Below the pieces are notes generated by a model, which ran no database searches, had not been told where the DNA came from, and worked only from the letters and a program-made list of their open reading frames with translations. From Clostridia bacterium (GTDB taxonomy: Bacteria; Bacillota; Clostridia; DUPQ01), in assembly GCA_030592085.1 (NCBI GenBank), contig JAUUZV010000002.1:1-46583 (forward strand): a stretch of DNA of 46,583 nucleotides, read 5' to 3'. The translations under genes were made by a program, and so were the position numbers. Below are positions 8,767-17,363 of this stretch, piece after piece (position 1 is the first letter of the stretch; the number at the start of each line of letters is the position of its first letter).

Positions 8767-10018
8767 CCTCTAATAACATATCTTTCCTCTTTAAATACCC
8801 AAATCCAGTATAAGCCATAATACCTGATATAAGCAAGACGACAGCAAAAATAAGAGTTACAATATACATATCATTTTTCTCAAGCATTCCTCCATATACC
8901 ATTTGACCTAATGGAATACTAGCTGTTGCCAATGTGGCTAAAACGCCATTAACCCTACCTAATATTTTTCCAGGTACTAATTTTTGTTTTGCTGTTCCAA
9001 TTGTAATATTTGTTATAATTACTAAAGCAATTATAACAAAGAATAGTGTTGTTAGTGAAATCCAAGATGCTGTATTTGATAAAAATCCTGGAATTGAAAT
9101 TACAGAAACTCCAAATAAAATAAAAGCTGTTATGGTCAAAGCAAAAGACATCATCTTAGTGTAAGTTATTTTCTTAACTAAACTAGATGCTAGTATTGAT
9201 CCAAATACTGCACCTACCATAATTAATGAACCACTTAATCCATAGATAAAATCTGATACACCAATTTCAGAACGCAATCTAAAAGGTAAACCAATACTAA
9301 ATATTGGGCTAATTGCTGTGTTTGCTATAACTGCAACAAAAGCAAATATAACTAACGTTGGTGTTTTTATAACATACATAAATCCTTCTTTAAACGATTC
9401 AAAGAAAGACAAATCACTATTTTCTTCATGATGGGATCTATCAGGTTTTATAAACATTTCGCTTAATGCTGATATTAGATAACTTATACCATTTATAATC
9501 ATTAATATAAAAATACCCCATGCTCCATATAATATTCCACCTAGTACAGGTCCTAAAATAGCAACCATACTAGAAACTAGTGAAACACTACTATTTACTT
9601 CAACTAACTCTTTTTTCTCTACAATATCTGGAATAATTGAAGTAATTGTTGGCTCAAATACAGAAGCTACAACTGCAAGTAAGAATACTAATATATATAT
9701 TGCTGTCATAGAGAATTGTCCATTAATAAAATATATAAGAGCAAATGTTAAAGTAACTACGCCACTAATGGCATCTAAAATTACAATTAACCATTTTCTG
9801 TTAAATTTATCTGCAATAACTCCACCAAAGGGGCCAAAAATCAATTGAGGTATCATAGCTACTGCTAAGACAGAAGCAAATTTAACCCCTGAGCCAGTTA
9901 CATCTAATACATAAAGAGACAATGCAAAACGTTGTAGCATACTACCAAACATTGATACCATTTGTCCCGAAATTAGTAACAAGGTATTTCTTCTAAGTAA
10001 TACTTTGATATTCATCAT
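8750..10018 (-). CDS. MFS transporter (MFS_3 / efflux-type)
   Basis: 422 aa, about 12 hydrophobic spans. Loop motif GPFGGVIADKFNRK between TM2 and TM3 is typical of MFS. Confidence 0.8.
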   Translation of the reverse strand: MMNIKVLLRRNTLLLISGQMVSMFGSMLQRFALSLYVLDVTGSGVKFASVLAVAMIPQLIFGPFGGVIADKFNRKWLIVILDAISGVVTLTFALIYFINGQFSMTAIYILVFLLAVVASVFEPTITSIIPDIVEKKELVEVNSSVSLVSSMVAILGPVLGGILYGAWGIFILMIINGISYLISALSEMFIKPDRSHHEENSDLSFFESFKEGFMYVIKTPTLVIFAFVAVIANTAISPIFSIGLPFRLRSEIGVSDFIYGLSGSLIMVGAVFGSILASSLVKKITYTKMMSFALTITAFILFGVSVISIPGFLSNTASWISLTTLFFVIIALVIITNITIGTAKQKLVPGKILGRVNGVLATLATASIPLGQMVYGGMLEKNDMYIVTLIFAVVLLISGIMAYTGFGYLKRKDMLLEVEDEK

Positions 10019-10040
10019 ATTCTCCGTTCAATAATTTTGT

Positions 10041-10081
10041 ACGTTAAAATAAGTATAACGTTGATATATGATTATTGTCAA
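10041..10081 (-). promoter_or_regulatory. Sigma-A promoter with overlapping inverted-repeat operator for the MFS-regulator operon
   Basis: Minus strand: TTGACA (10076-10081), 18 nt, TATACT (10052-10057). The inverted repeat ACGTTA-N9-TAACGT (10041-10061) spans the -10 element. Confidence 0.5.
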
Positions 10082-10093
10082 TAAATTTTTATT

Positions 10094-11608
10094 TTATTTT
10101 ACTGCTGGTAAATCTAAGAAGAATCTTGTGTATTCTGCCTCTTTAGTATTAAAGCTTAATTCTCCATTATGTTCTGCTACAATTCCATAACTAATTGACA
10201 AACCTAACCCTGTTCCTTTAAATTTGGTCTTTGTAGTGAAGAAAGGTTCATACATCTTATTTTGAGTTTCACGTGTTATTCCAGTACCATAATCTTCAAC
10301 TGTTGTTCTTATCCAATCTTGATTGTTTTTTATAAATTTTTCACAAGAAATAATTAATTTTTTATTTTCATTAAATCCCTTATATTTTTGGTTTAGCGCG
10401 TCTCTTGAATTAGTCATTAAATTCATCAACACTTGTTGTATTTGCTGACTTCTACAGTCAATACTTGGTAAGTTTTTATTTATATTAACTTCAAGAATTA
10501 TTTGATCTTTTTTTATTAGCATTCTTATTAATAACAAAGTATTCTCAATTATATCTTCTATTCTTGCTTTTGAATGATATTTAGTATCTTGTCTTGAAAA
10601 TTGTAAAAGGCTTCTCACTATTGATGACACCCTATGTGTTTCAAGTATAATTTCATCTGCATAACCTTTTATTTCGCTATTATCAAAGGTAGAATCTACT
10701 ATTAATTGACTATAATTCATAATACCATTTATTGGATTATTTATTTCATGGGCTACTCCACTGGCCAATAGTCCAATTGATTCTATCTTTTGTTGGTTTC
10801 TTATAATCGCTTGTGTTTCTTCTTTTTCCTTTTCTAATTTAATTCTAGCTGTTATATCTCTAATAACCCCTAAAACCACAGTAGGATTACCATCTTTATC
10901 ATAATTACATTCAGCTTTTGAGTGTACATATTTTATCTTTTTTGATTTTTTGATAAATATTCTATACTCAAGATTATACTCTTCTTCTTTTTCAATAAGG
11001 TTAATTAGTGCTTCATGTACTCTGTTTTTGTCATCTTCATAAACAAAGTTTTCAATTTCCTCAACAGTAATAACTTTTTGATTATTAACTTCAAATATAT
11101 TGTAAGCTTCTTCAGATGCCCATATAGTTTCCTCACCAATTTTTATTTCCCATGATCCAACTTTAGCCATTTTTTGACTTCTATTTAATCGTTCTTCACT
11201 TGCAACTAAGTCTACCTCTGTCTTATGCTGCTCCGTTATATCTCTAATAATAGAATATAATAATTTTTGTCCTTGTACCTTTGCTAAACTACTATTTACC
11301 ACTACATCTCTGATTTCTCCTGATTTAAGTTTGTGTTTAAATTGAAATTTACTTCGCTTCTCTGTTAAAGCACGTTTCATTTCAATATCTATTTTTTCTT
11401 TTGATAATATATTAATTTCATAAATCTTCTTTTTAGCCATTTCATCAAATGTCCATCCATAAAAATCACAAGCTGCAGGATTAGCAAGTTTAATATCTCC
11501 ATTCATTGGATTTAGTAATAACATTATTGAATTATTATTTTCAAACATACTTCTAAATTGTTGTTCAGATTCAACAATACTAATTTTTTGTGAGGTTTTT
11601 TCTTTCAT
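10094..11608 (-). CDS. Soluble PAS-PAS sensor histidine kinase
   Basis: 504 aa with no hydrophobic span and two PAS-like segments. H-box SGVAHEINNPINGI, N-box LMNLMTNSRDAL, G-boxes EDYGTGI and GTGLGLSIS. Confidence 0.85.
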   Translation of the reverse strand: MKEKTSQKISIVESEQQFRSMFENNNSIMLLLNPMNGDIKLANPAACDFYGWTFDEMAKKKIYEINILSKEKIDIEMKRALTEKRSKFQFKHKLKSGEIRDVVVNSSLAKVQGQKLLYSIIRDITEQHKTEVDLVASEERLNRSQKMAKVGSWEIKIGEETIWASEEAYNIFEVNNQKVITVEEIENFVYEDDKNRVHEALINLIEKEEEYNLEYRIFIKKSKKIKYVHSKAECNYDKDGNPTVVLGVIRDITARIKLEKEKEETQAIIRNQQKIESIGLLASGVAHEINNPINGIMNYSQLIVDSTFDNSEIKGYADEIILETHRVSSIVRSLLQFSRQDTKYHSKARIEDIIENTLLLIRMLIKKDQIILEVNINKNLPSIDCRSQQIQQVLMNLMTNSRDALNQKYKGFNENKKLIISCEKFIKNNQDWIRTTVEDYGTGITRETQNKMYEPFFTTKTKFKGTGLGLSISYGIVAEHNGELSFNTKEAEYTRFFLDLPAVK

Positions 11609-11662
11609 AATTCTATCCCTCTTTTAAAGTGTAATTTTAAACTTTATTTAATTTCAATTATA

Positions 11663-12328
11663 TTAATGATTTTGAGTAATTATAACATAATTATTTTCAA
11701 AATCGAAGGAAACAGTCACCAACTGTTCTTGATAACGGTAAGTAATATTATCTTCAACAAATGAATAATTGTCTTTATCGCGACATTTATCAATATAATA
11801 ATTCATTGCTTTATCTAAATCTTTACTTAAATAAATATATGTAACTTGCCCTATATTTTTATAACTTTTACTAATTAATTCATCAGTATCATGAACTTTA
11901 GGAACCCATCGCTTACTCCATTTACTTTCAATAAATTTATCAATTTCTAGATTACTAGTCATGGGAATTTCTATAAATGTATTAGTGTATCCAGCTTCTT
12001 TGTATACTTCAAATTTAAAGAAGGTACCATCATCAACATATTCTCCACTTAATTTTAGTCTGTCCCCTGAAAACCCATCTAAAAATTCTCCAATTAATAA
12101 GGCATAATAATATAAGACATCAGGAAGTGTATCTTCTGTTCTAGTCATTATATTATAAAAATAACCACCCTCATCATGTAATACTTCATTAAAAATGATT
12201 TCATCATTAGAATAGTATATAAAGTTTTCTACAGGGTTAAAATCTGTAGCAAGTATATTTGTTTGACTACACCCACTTATATTAAGAACTAATACCAGCG
12301 CAATTATTAAAACAATTAATTTTTTCAT
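11663..12328 (-). CDS. Lipoprotein of unknown function
   Basis: Signal peptide with lipobox (LVLNISGC). GAGGA RBS. No recognisable catalytic motif. Confidence 0.7.
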   Translation of the reverse strand: MKKLIVLIIALVLVLNISGCSQTNILATDFNPVENFIYYSNDEIIFNEVLHDEGGYFYNIMTRTEDTLPDVLYYYALLIGEFLDGFSGDRLKLSGEYVDDGTFFKFEVYKEAGYTNTFIEIPMTSNLEIDKFIESKWSKRWVPKVHDTDELISKSYKNIGQVTYIYLSKDLDKAMNYYIDKCRDKDNYSFVEDNITYRYQEQLVTVSFDFENNYVIITQNH

Positions 12329-12442
12329 AAATTTTCCTCAATCCATATAATACTATTTTACCATAAAAAATAATTTTTCAAACATTGTATTTGCTTTTTT
12401 TATCAATTATATATTACACTTTACATAAAGTGAGGAAATATT

Positions 12443-13207
12443 GTGGAAATATTGGTACCATCTTCAATTGATCAAACAAAACAGCCTTCATTGTTTTATA
12501 AGGCATCTAAAAAAAATATGCCATTATTGGTAATTTTACATACATGGAGTTATGATCGTTATAATCAAATTAACGATTTTTTACCATATAAAAAAATAAT
12601 AAATTGGAATATGCTTTTTCCAGAATTCAGAGGTCCTAACTTGCTAAGTAATCATATGGGACATCAAGCATGTGGTTCGCTTTTAGCTAAACAAGATATA
12701 ATTGATGCAATTGATTACATAAAAAAGCATAACAATATTGATGAGGAGCAAATAATGTTAGTAGGAAGTAGTGGAGGAGGTCATATGGCTCTTCTAATGG
12801 CAGCATATAGACCAAATCTTTTCTCTTTTATTATTGCAAATTGCTCTGTCACTGATATTAATAAGTGGAGAAATGAAAACACAGAATATACTAAACATGT
12901 TGAGCATTGCTTATGGGGATCTCCTAATAAAGATAATATTAAAGATTATGAATACCGTTCTCCAATTTTTCATGTAAAAGAAATTGCTAAAGCAAATTTA
13001 AAAATAATTCATGGTAAATATGATCAAAGTGTTCCTTTTTCTCACTCTCTTGATTTATATAATCAAATTGCTAAGGAAAACAATAAATCTAATGTTACTT
13101 TAGAAATTAACGAATTAACTCATGAATGGGTTATTAGTGAAATTATTGAAGACTTAAAAAAAAGCACTATCGTAATTTCAGATAGTGCTTCTAGTATATC
13201 TAAATAA
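12443..13207 (+). CDS. Alpha/beta hydrolase (S9 peptidase / esterase catalytic-domain-like)
   Basis: Nucleophile elbow GSSGGG, candidate Asp (GKYDQSVP) and His (LTHEW). GTG start 6 nt after GAGGA. Confidence 0.7.
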   Translation: MEILVPSSIDQTKQPSLFYKASKKNMPLLVILHTWSYDRYNQINDFLPYKKIINWNMLFPEFRGPNLLSNHMGHQACGSLLAKQDIIDAIDYIKKHNNIDEEQIMLVGSSGGGHMALLMAAYRPNLFSFIIANCSVTDINKWRNENTEYTKHVEHCLWGSPNKDNIKDYEYRSPIFHVKEIAKANLKIIHGKYDQSVPFSHSLDLYNQIAKENNKSNVTLEINELTHEWVISEIIEDLKKSTIVISDSASSISK

Positions 13208-13209
13208 AT

Positions 13210-14037
13210 TTATTTTTCTAACATATCCACTGCTTGATCTAAATAGTTATGATTAAACTTTTCAATTTCTCCTGTATCTGCTAGTTTAGCAATAACAGGA
13301 TCAATTGGCATGGAGGTTAAGTGAGGAATTTTAAGTTCTTTGCAAATTTGAGTAGTTTTAGATGGTCCAAATAACTCAATTTTTGTATCACAATTTGGAC
13401 ACATAGCATAACTCATATTTTCTATTGCTCCTAGTACTTTAATATTCATTTTATCTGCCATATTAAACGCCTTTTTCACAATCATGGAAACTAATTCTTG
13501 TGGTGAAGTCACTACTACAATGCCATCAACAGGTACAGATTGAAAAATAGTTAATGGTACATCACCTGTTCCAGGAGGCATATCAATTAATAAAAAGTCT
13601 AAGTCTCCCCATAAAACATCTGTCCAAAATTGAGTAACTGTTCCTGCAATAATAGGACCACGCCATACTACTGGATCTTCTTCATTTTCAAGTAACAAGT
13701 TTATTGACATAATTTTAATTCCATTGTGGGTAGTTGCAGGATGAATAAGTTTTCCGTCTCCTGTTGCTTTTTGAGAAATTCCAAACATTTTTGGAATAGA
13801 TGGCCCTGTAATATCTGCATCTAAAATCCCTACAGAATAGCCTTTTCTAGACAACAGTGTTGCTAAAATAGCTGTCATTAGTGATTTACCAACGCCACCT
13901 TTACCACTAACAACAGGAATAACTTTTTTTATGTGATTCCATTCATTTGTTGGTTTTAATAAACTATTTATATCACAGTTTTCTTTATCTGTAACATTAC
14001 AATTATCTTTACTTTTGCATGTACTGCAATCTGCCAT
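13210..14037 (-). CDS. mrp: Mrp/NBP35-family Fe-S cluster carrier ATPase
   Basis: Deviant Walker A SGKGGVGKS and C-terminal CPNC (CxxC) motif. N-terminal Cys-rich extension CSTCKSKDNCNVTDKENC. Confidence 0.85.
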   Translation of the reverse strand: MADCSTCKSKDNCNVTDKENCDINSLLKPTNEWNHIKKVIPVVSGKGGVGKSLMTAILATLLSRKGYSVGILDADITGPSIPKMFGISQKATGDGKLIHPATTHNGIKIMSINLLLENEEDPVVWRGPIIAGTVTQFWTDVLWGDLDFLLIDMPPGTGDVPLTIFQSVPVDGIVVVTSPQELVSMIVKKAFNMADKMNIKVLGAIENMSYAMCPNCDTKIELFGPSKTTQICKELKIPHLTSMPIDPVIAKLADTGEIEKFNHNYLDQAVDMLEK

Positions 14038-14104
14038 GTAAACACTTCTTTCTTCTATAATCTATAAAAAATGGTACTCCTTATAAATCTTAATGTCAAT
14101 ATAA

Positions 14105-15136
14105 TTAATGCGTTTGCAAAAACCGTGATAAAACATCAACAATATATGGAACATCACCTTTTTTTACACCGTTATTTGTCACAAAACGATATACCCCTTC
14201 TTCAGGAGGATAAATCAAAATATTATGAGATTTAAAGAAATTAATCATTTTTTCTTCATCTACTTTTTGTGAAACAGTAAAAAACACCATATTAATATCT
14301 AGATTATTAGTCATGACATTTATCATTGGTAACTTATTTATCATCATAGCAAGTTTCTTAGCATTTATATGATCATCAACCAAACGATTAGCCATCTCTT
14401 CCATTGCAATAATTCCAGGAGCTGCTAGAACTCCAACTTGCCTCATTCCACCACCCATGATTTTACGATTATATATTGCTTTTTTTATAAAATCTTTTGT
14501 ACCTGCAATTATTGAACCAACAGGTGCACATAATCCTTTTGACAAACAAAATGTTACAGAATCAGAATATTTAGTAATATCTGACACAGGCACACCTAAA
14601 CTAATTGCAGCATTAAATAATCTAGCTCCATCTAAATGAACATTTAAATTATATTTTTTTGCCAAATCATAAATACTCTTCATATATGACAACGGAAGTA
14701 CTTTTCCATTTGATAATGCATTTTCAATACATATTAATTTTGTTTCTGGAAAATGAGGATCTTTTACTTTTCTGATTTTATGTTCTACTTCTTTTAGATC
14801 CATTAATCCATCAACTGAATCAATAGCACGTAATTGAACTCCGGCAATAATAGCAGAAGCTCCCGCTTCATGTTGTATTATATGACTTGAATCATGAAGA
14901 AGAACCTCGTCTCCACGGTTACAGTGAGTAAATAAACTAACTTGATTCCCAAATGTTCCACTAGGTACAAAAAGGGCTGCTTCCATCCTTGTTATTTTTG
15001 CAGCTTTTTCTTCTAGTAAATTAACAGTAGGATCATCTTTACACACATCATCGCCAACAACAGCGGTTTTCATGGCTTCTCTCATTTTATCTGTTGGAAG
15101 AGTCCCTGTATCACTTCTTATATCTATTATTCTCAT
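14105..15136 (-). CDS. ltaE: Low-specificity L-threonine aldolase
   Basis: IDIRSDTGTLPT N-terminus, HLDGARLFNA, and PLP-Lys context FCLSKGLCAPVGS. All are typical of the threonine aldolase family. Confidence 0.88.
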   Translation of the reverse strand: MRIIDIRSDTGTLPTDKMREAMKTAVVGDDVCKDDPTVNLLEEKAAKITRMEAALFVPSGTFGNQVSLFTHCNRGDEVLLHDSSHIIQHEAGASAIIAGVQLRAIDSVDGLMDLKEVEHKIRKVKDPHFPETKLICIENALSNGKVLPLSYMKSIYDLAKKYNLNVHLDGARLFNAAISLGVPVSDITKYSDSVTFCLSKGLCAPVGSIIAGTKDFIKKAIYNRKIMGGGMRQVGVLAAPGIIAMEEMANRLVDDHINAKKLAMMINKLPMINVMTNNLDINMVFFTVSQKVDEEKMINFFKSHNILIYPPEEGVYRFVTNNGVKKGDVPYIVDVLSRFLQTH

Positions 15137-15251
15137 GATTATTTCTCCTACTATACATTATACAGTACAATGTTTACATTTTGTTAACAAATGATTCTCT
15201 CTTTTTTGTTATACTGAAATAAATATATGGATGTATGAGAAAGAGGTTGTT

Positions 15252-16190
15252 ATGGTAAATTTAAACCAATTACCACAGTTAATTATTGCGAATATGGGAA
15301 AAGTTATTATTGGAAAAAGAGAAGTTCTTGAATTGGTTACAATTTCTTTATTGGCCTCTGGTCATGTATTAATTGAAGATGTCCCAGGTATTGGAAAAAC
15401 AAGTTTAGTCTCAGCGCTTTCAAAATCATTAGGTCTTAAATTTAAAAGAATTCAATTTACTCCTGATATTTTACCATCAGATATTACTGGGTTTTCCATG
15501 TACAACAAACATACCGGTGACTTCGAATTTAAACCTGGAAGCATTATGAGTAATATCATCTTAGCAGATGAAATTAATAGAACTTCACCAAAGACACAAG
15601 CTAGCATGTTGGAAGTAATGGAAGAAAAGCAAGTAACTGTTGACGGAAACACCTATATGTTGCCAAATCCTTTTATGGTACTAGCTACTCAGAATCCTGT
15701 AGAATATTTAGGAACATATCCTCTTCCTGAAGCACAATTAGATCGTTTCTTAATGAAGATTAAAATTGGGTATCCAACACAAAAGCAAGAAATTGAAATT
15801 CTTAATGTGTATAAAGAGGTTAATCCATTAAATTCTTTAAGCAAGGTTGTTGCAGGTGAAGATATAATTAAAATGCAACAGTTGGTAAAAAGAATTAAAG
15901 TTAATGATGTATTAAATGAATATGTAGTAAATATAATTACAAAATCTAGAATGCATCGTTCTGTGACACTTGGTTGTTCTCCTAGAGCTTCTTTACTTTT
16001 AATAAGAGCTGCACAAGCCAAAGCTTTTATAGATGAGAGAGATTTCATTACTCCAGATGATATTAAGTATTTAGCCGTACATGTTTTAGCTCACAGGCTT
16101 ATTTTAAAACAAGAAGAACAACTTAGAAATGTAGATCCAGCTGATATTATTGAGGACATTTTAAAAATTGTTAAAGTTCCTATTAGGTAA
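15252..16190 (+). CDS. moxR: MoxR-family AAA+ ATPase
   Basis: Walker A DVPGIGKTS, Walker B ILADEINR, ATQNP. I prefer the ATG at 15252 (AAGAGG 5 nt upstream) over the track start at 15231. Confidence 0.9.
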   Translation: MVNLNQLPQLIIANMGKVIIGKREVLELVTISLLASGHVLIEDVPGIGKTSLVSALSKSLGLKFKRIQFTPDILPSDITGFSMYNKHTGDFEFKPGSIMSNIILADEINRTSPKTQASMLEVMEEKQVTVDGNTYMLPNPFMVLATQNPVEYLGTYPLPEAQLDRFLMKIKIGYPTQKQEIEILNVYKEVNPLNSLSKVVAGEDIIKMQQLVKRIKVNDVLNEYVVNIITKSRMHRSVTLGCSPRASLLLIRAAQAKAFIDERDFITPDDIKYLAVHVLAHRLILKQEEQLRNVDPADIIEDILKIVKVPIR

Positions 16191-16193
16191 AGT

Positions 16194-17363
16194 ATGAAAA
16201 AAAATAAAGTTTTCTATTTATTTATCTTTTTATTATCATTGTCATTTGTTTATTTACATGGCGGTTCTGTTCCATGGTCAATATTTTACTTCGTCTTATT
16301 ATTACCACTTATTTCTTTTATCAATTTATATATAGTATTTAAAAGGTTTACCTATAAAGAAGAAACAAATGAAAGTAATTATGTTAAAGGTGCTAACATT
16401 AAATATACTTGTTCTTTTGTCATAGAATATTTTTTACCAATAGCTTATGTTACTCTATACATTAAATCACCTGAAACATATTTAACTGATGAAGTTGATG
16501 TAAAACATTTATTAATATCCAGTAAGAAATCTTCTCATTTTACATATAGAATTAAATGCCGTTACCGTGGTAAATATGATATGGGTATACAAAAAATTGA
16601 ATTAACAGATATGTTAAATCTTTTTACACTTACTTACACACCTTCACTAACAAATATGGTTACTGTTTTCCCCAAAATTAAAAGAGTATTTGAAGCTTCT
16701 ACACAAAATATAACTATGTCACAAAAGCAATTATCATTTTTCTATAAGAATAAAGGTGATGAATCTACTGTAAATTTACGTGATTATATGTATGGTGATT
16801 CAAGTAAATTAATTCATTGGAAATTATCGGCTAAGTTAGACGAGTTGCTTGTAAGAGAAAAAGAACATGTTCTTGACACTCAAATAATTATGGCAATTGA
16901 TTTAAATCGTGTTGATATGGTAACAAAAAAGCGAATTATTTATGAAGACTTATTAATAGAAGAAGCAATTGCTACAGCTCATTACTTTATAAGACGAAAC
17001 ATACCTGTTGATGTTGTTTTTAACTATGAAGGTATTAAAAATGTACATGCAGAAACTATTAATGATTTTTACAAAGTATATAAAATTTTATCAGAAGTTC
17101 CTTTTACTAAAGAGGCTGATTTAAAATCAGTCTTGTTTGATTTTTTAAGCAATAAAGAAAAAATAAACACTATTTATGTGTTTAGCCTCACTTTAAGAAA
17201 ACAAGTTGTGAATAATCTTATGGCACTACGTAGCCTAGGAAAACAGCTAACGGTCAAGTACTGTGTATCTGAAAATAAAGCAGACACATATTTAGAGATT
17301 AATGGAGTTAATAACGAAAAACTTATTATTGTAGAGGAAAGTGAGAATTTGTATTATGAATAA
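16194..17363 (+). CDS. DUF58 (vWA-like) protein, MoxR partner
   Basis: Two N-terminal TM helices. DUF58 signature LRDYMYGDSSKLIHWKLSAK. Starts 3 nt after the MoxR stop. Confidence 0.85.
   Translation: MKKNKVFYLFIFLLSLSFVYLHGGSVPWSIFYFVLLLPLISFINLYIVFKRFTYKEETNESNYVKGANIKYTCSFVIEYFLPIAYVTLYIKSPETYLTDEVDVKHLLISSKKSSHFTYRIKCRYRGKYDMGIQKIELTDMLNLFTLTYTPSLTNMVTVFPKIKRVFEASTQNITMSQKQLSFFYKNKGDESTVNLRDYMYGDSSKLIHWKLSAKLDELLVREKEHVLDTQIIMAIDLNRVDMVTKKRIIYEDLLIEEAIATAHYFIRRNIPVDVVFNYEGIKNVHAETINDFYKVYKILSEVPFTKEADLKSVLFDFLSNKEKINTIYVFSLTLRKQVVNNLMALRSLGKQLTVKYCVSENKADTYLEINGVNNEKLIIVEESENLYYE

Noticed and set aside
17341-17356. GTG at 17341 as the true start of the transglutaminase gene
   Set aside because: This is unresolved rather than rejected. 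The GAGGAAA element abuts the GTG directly (too close) and lies 15 nt from the ATG at 17356 (too far). I kept the longer coordinates and flagged the alternative.
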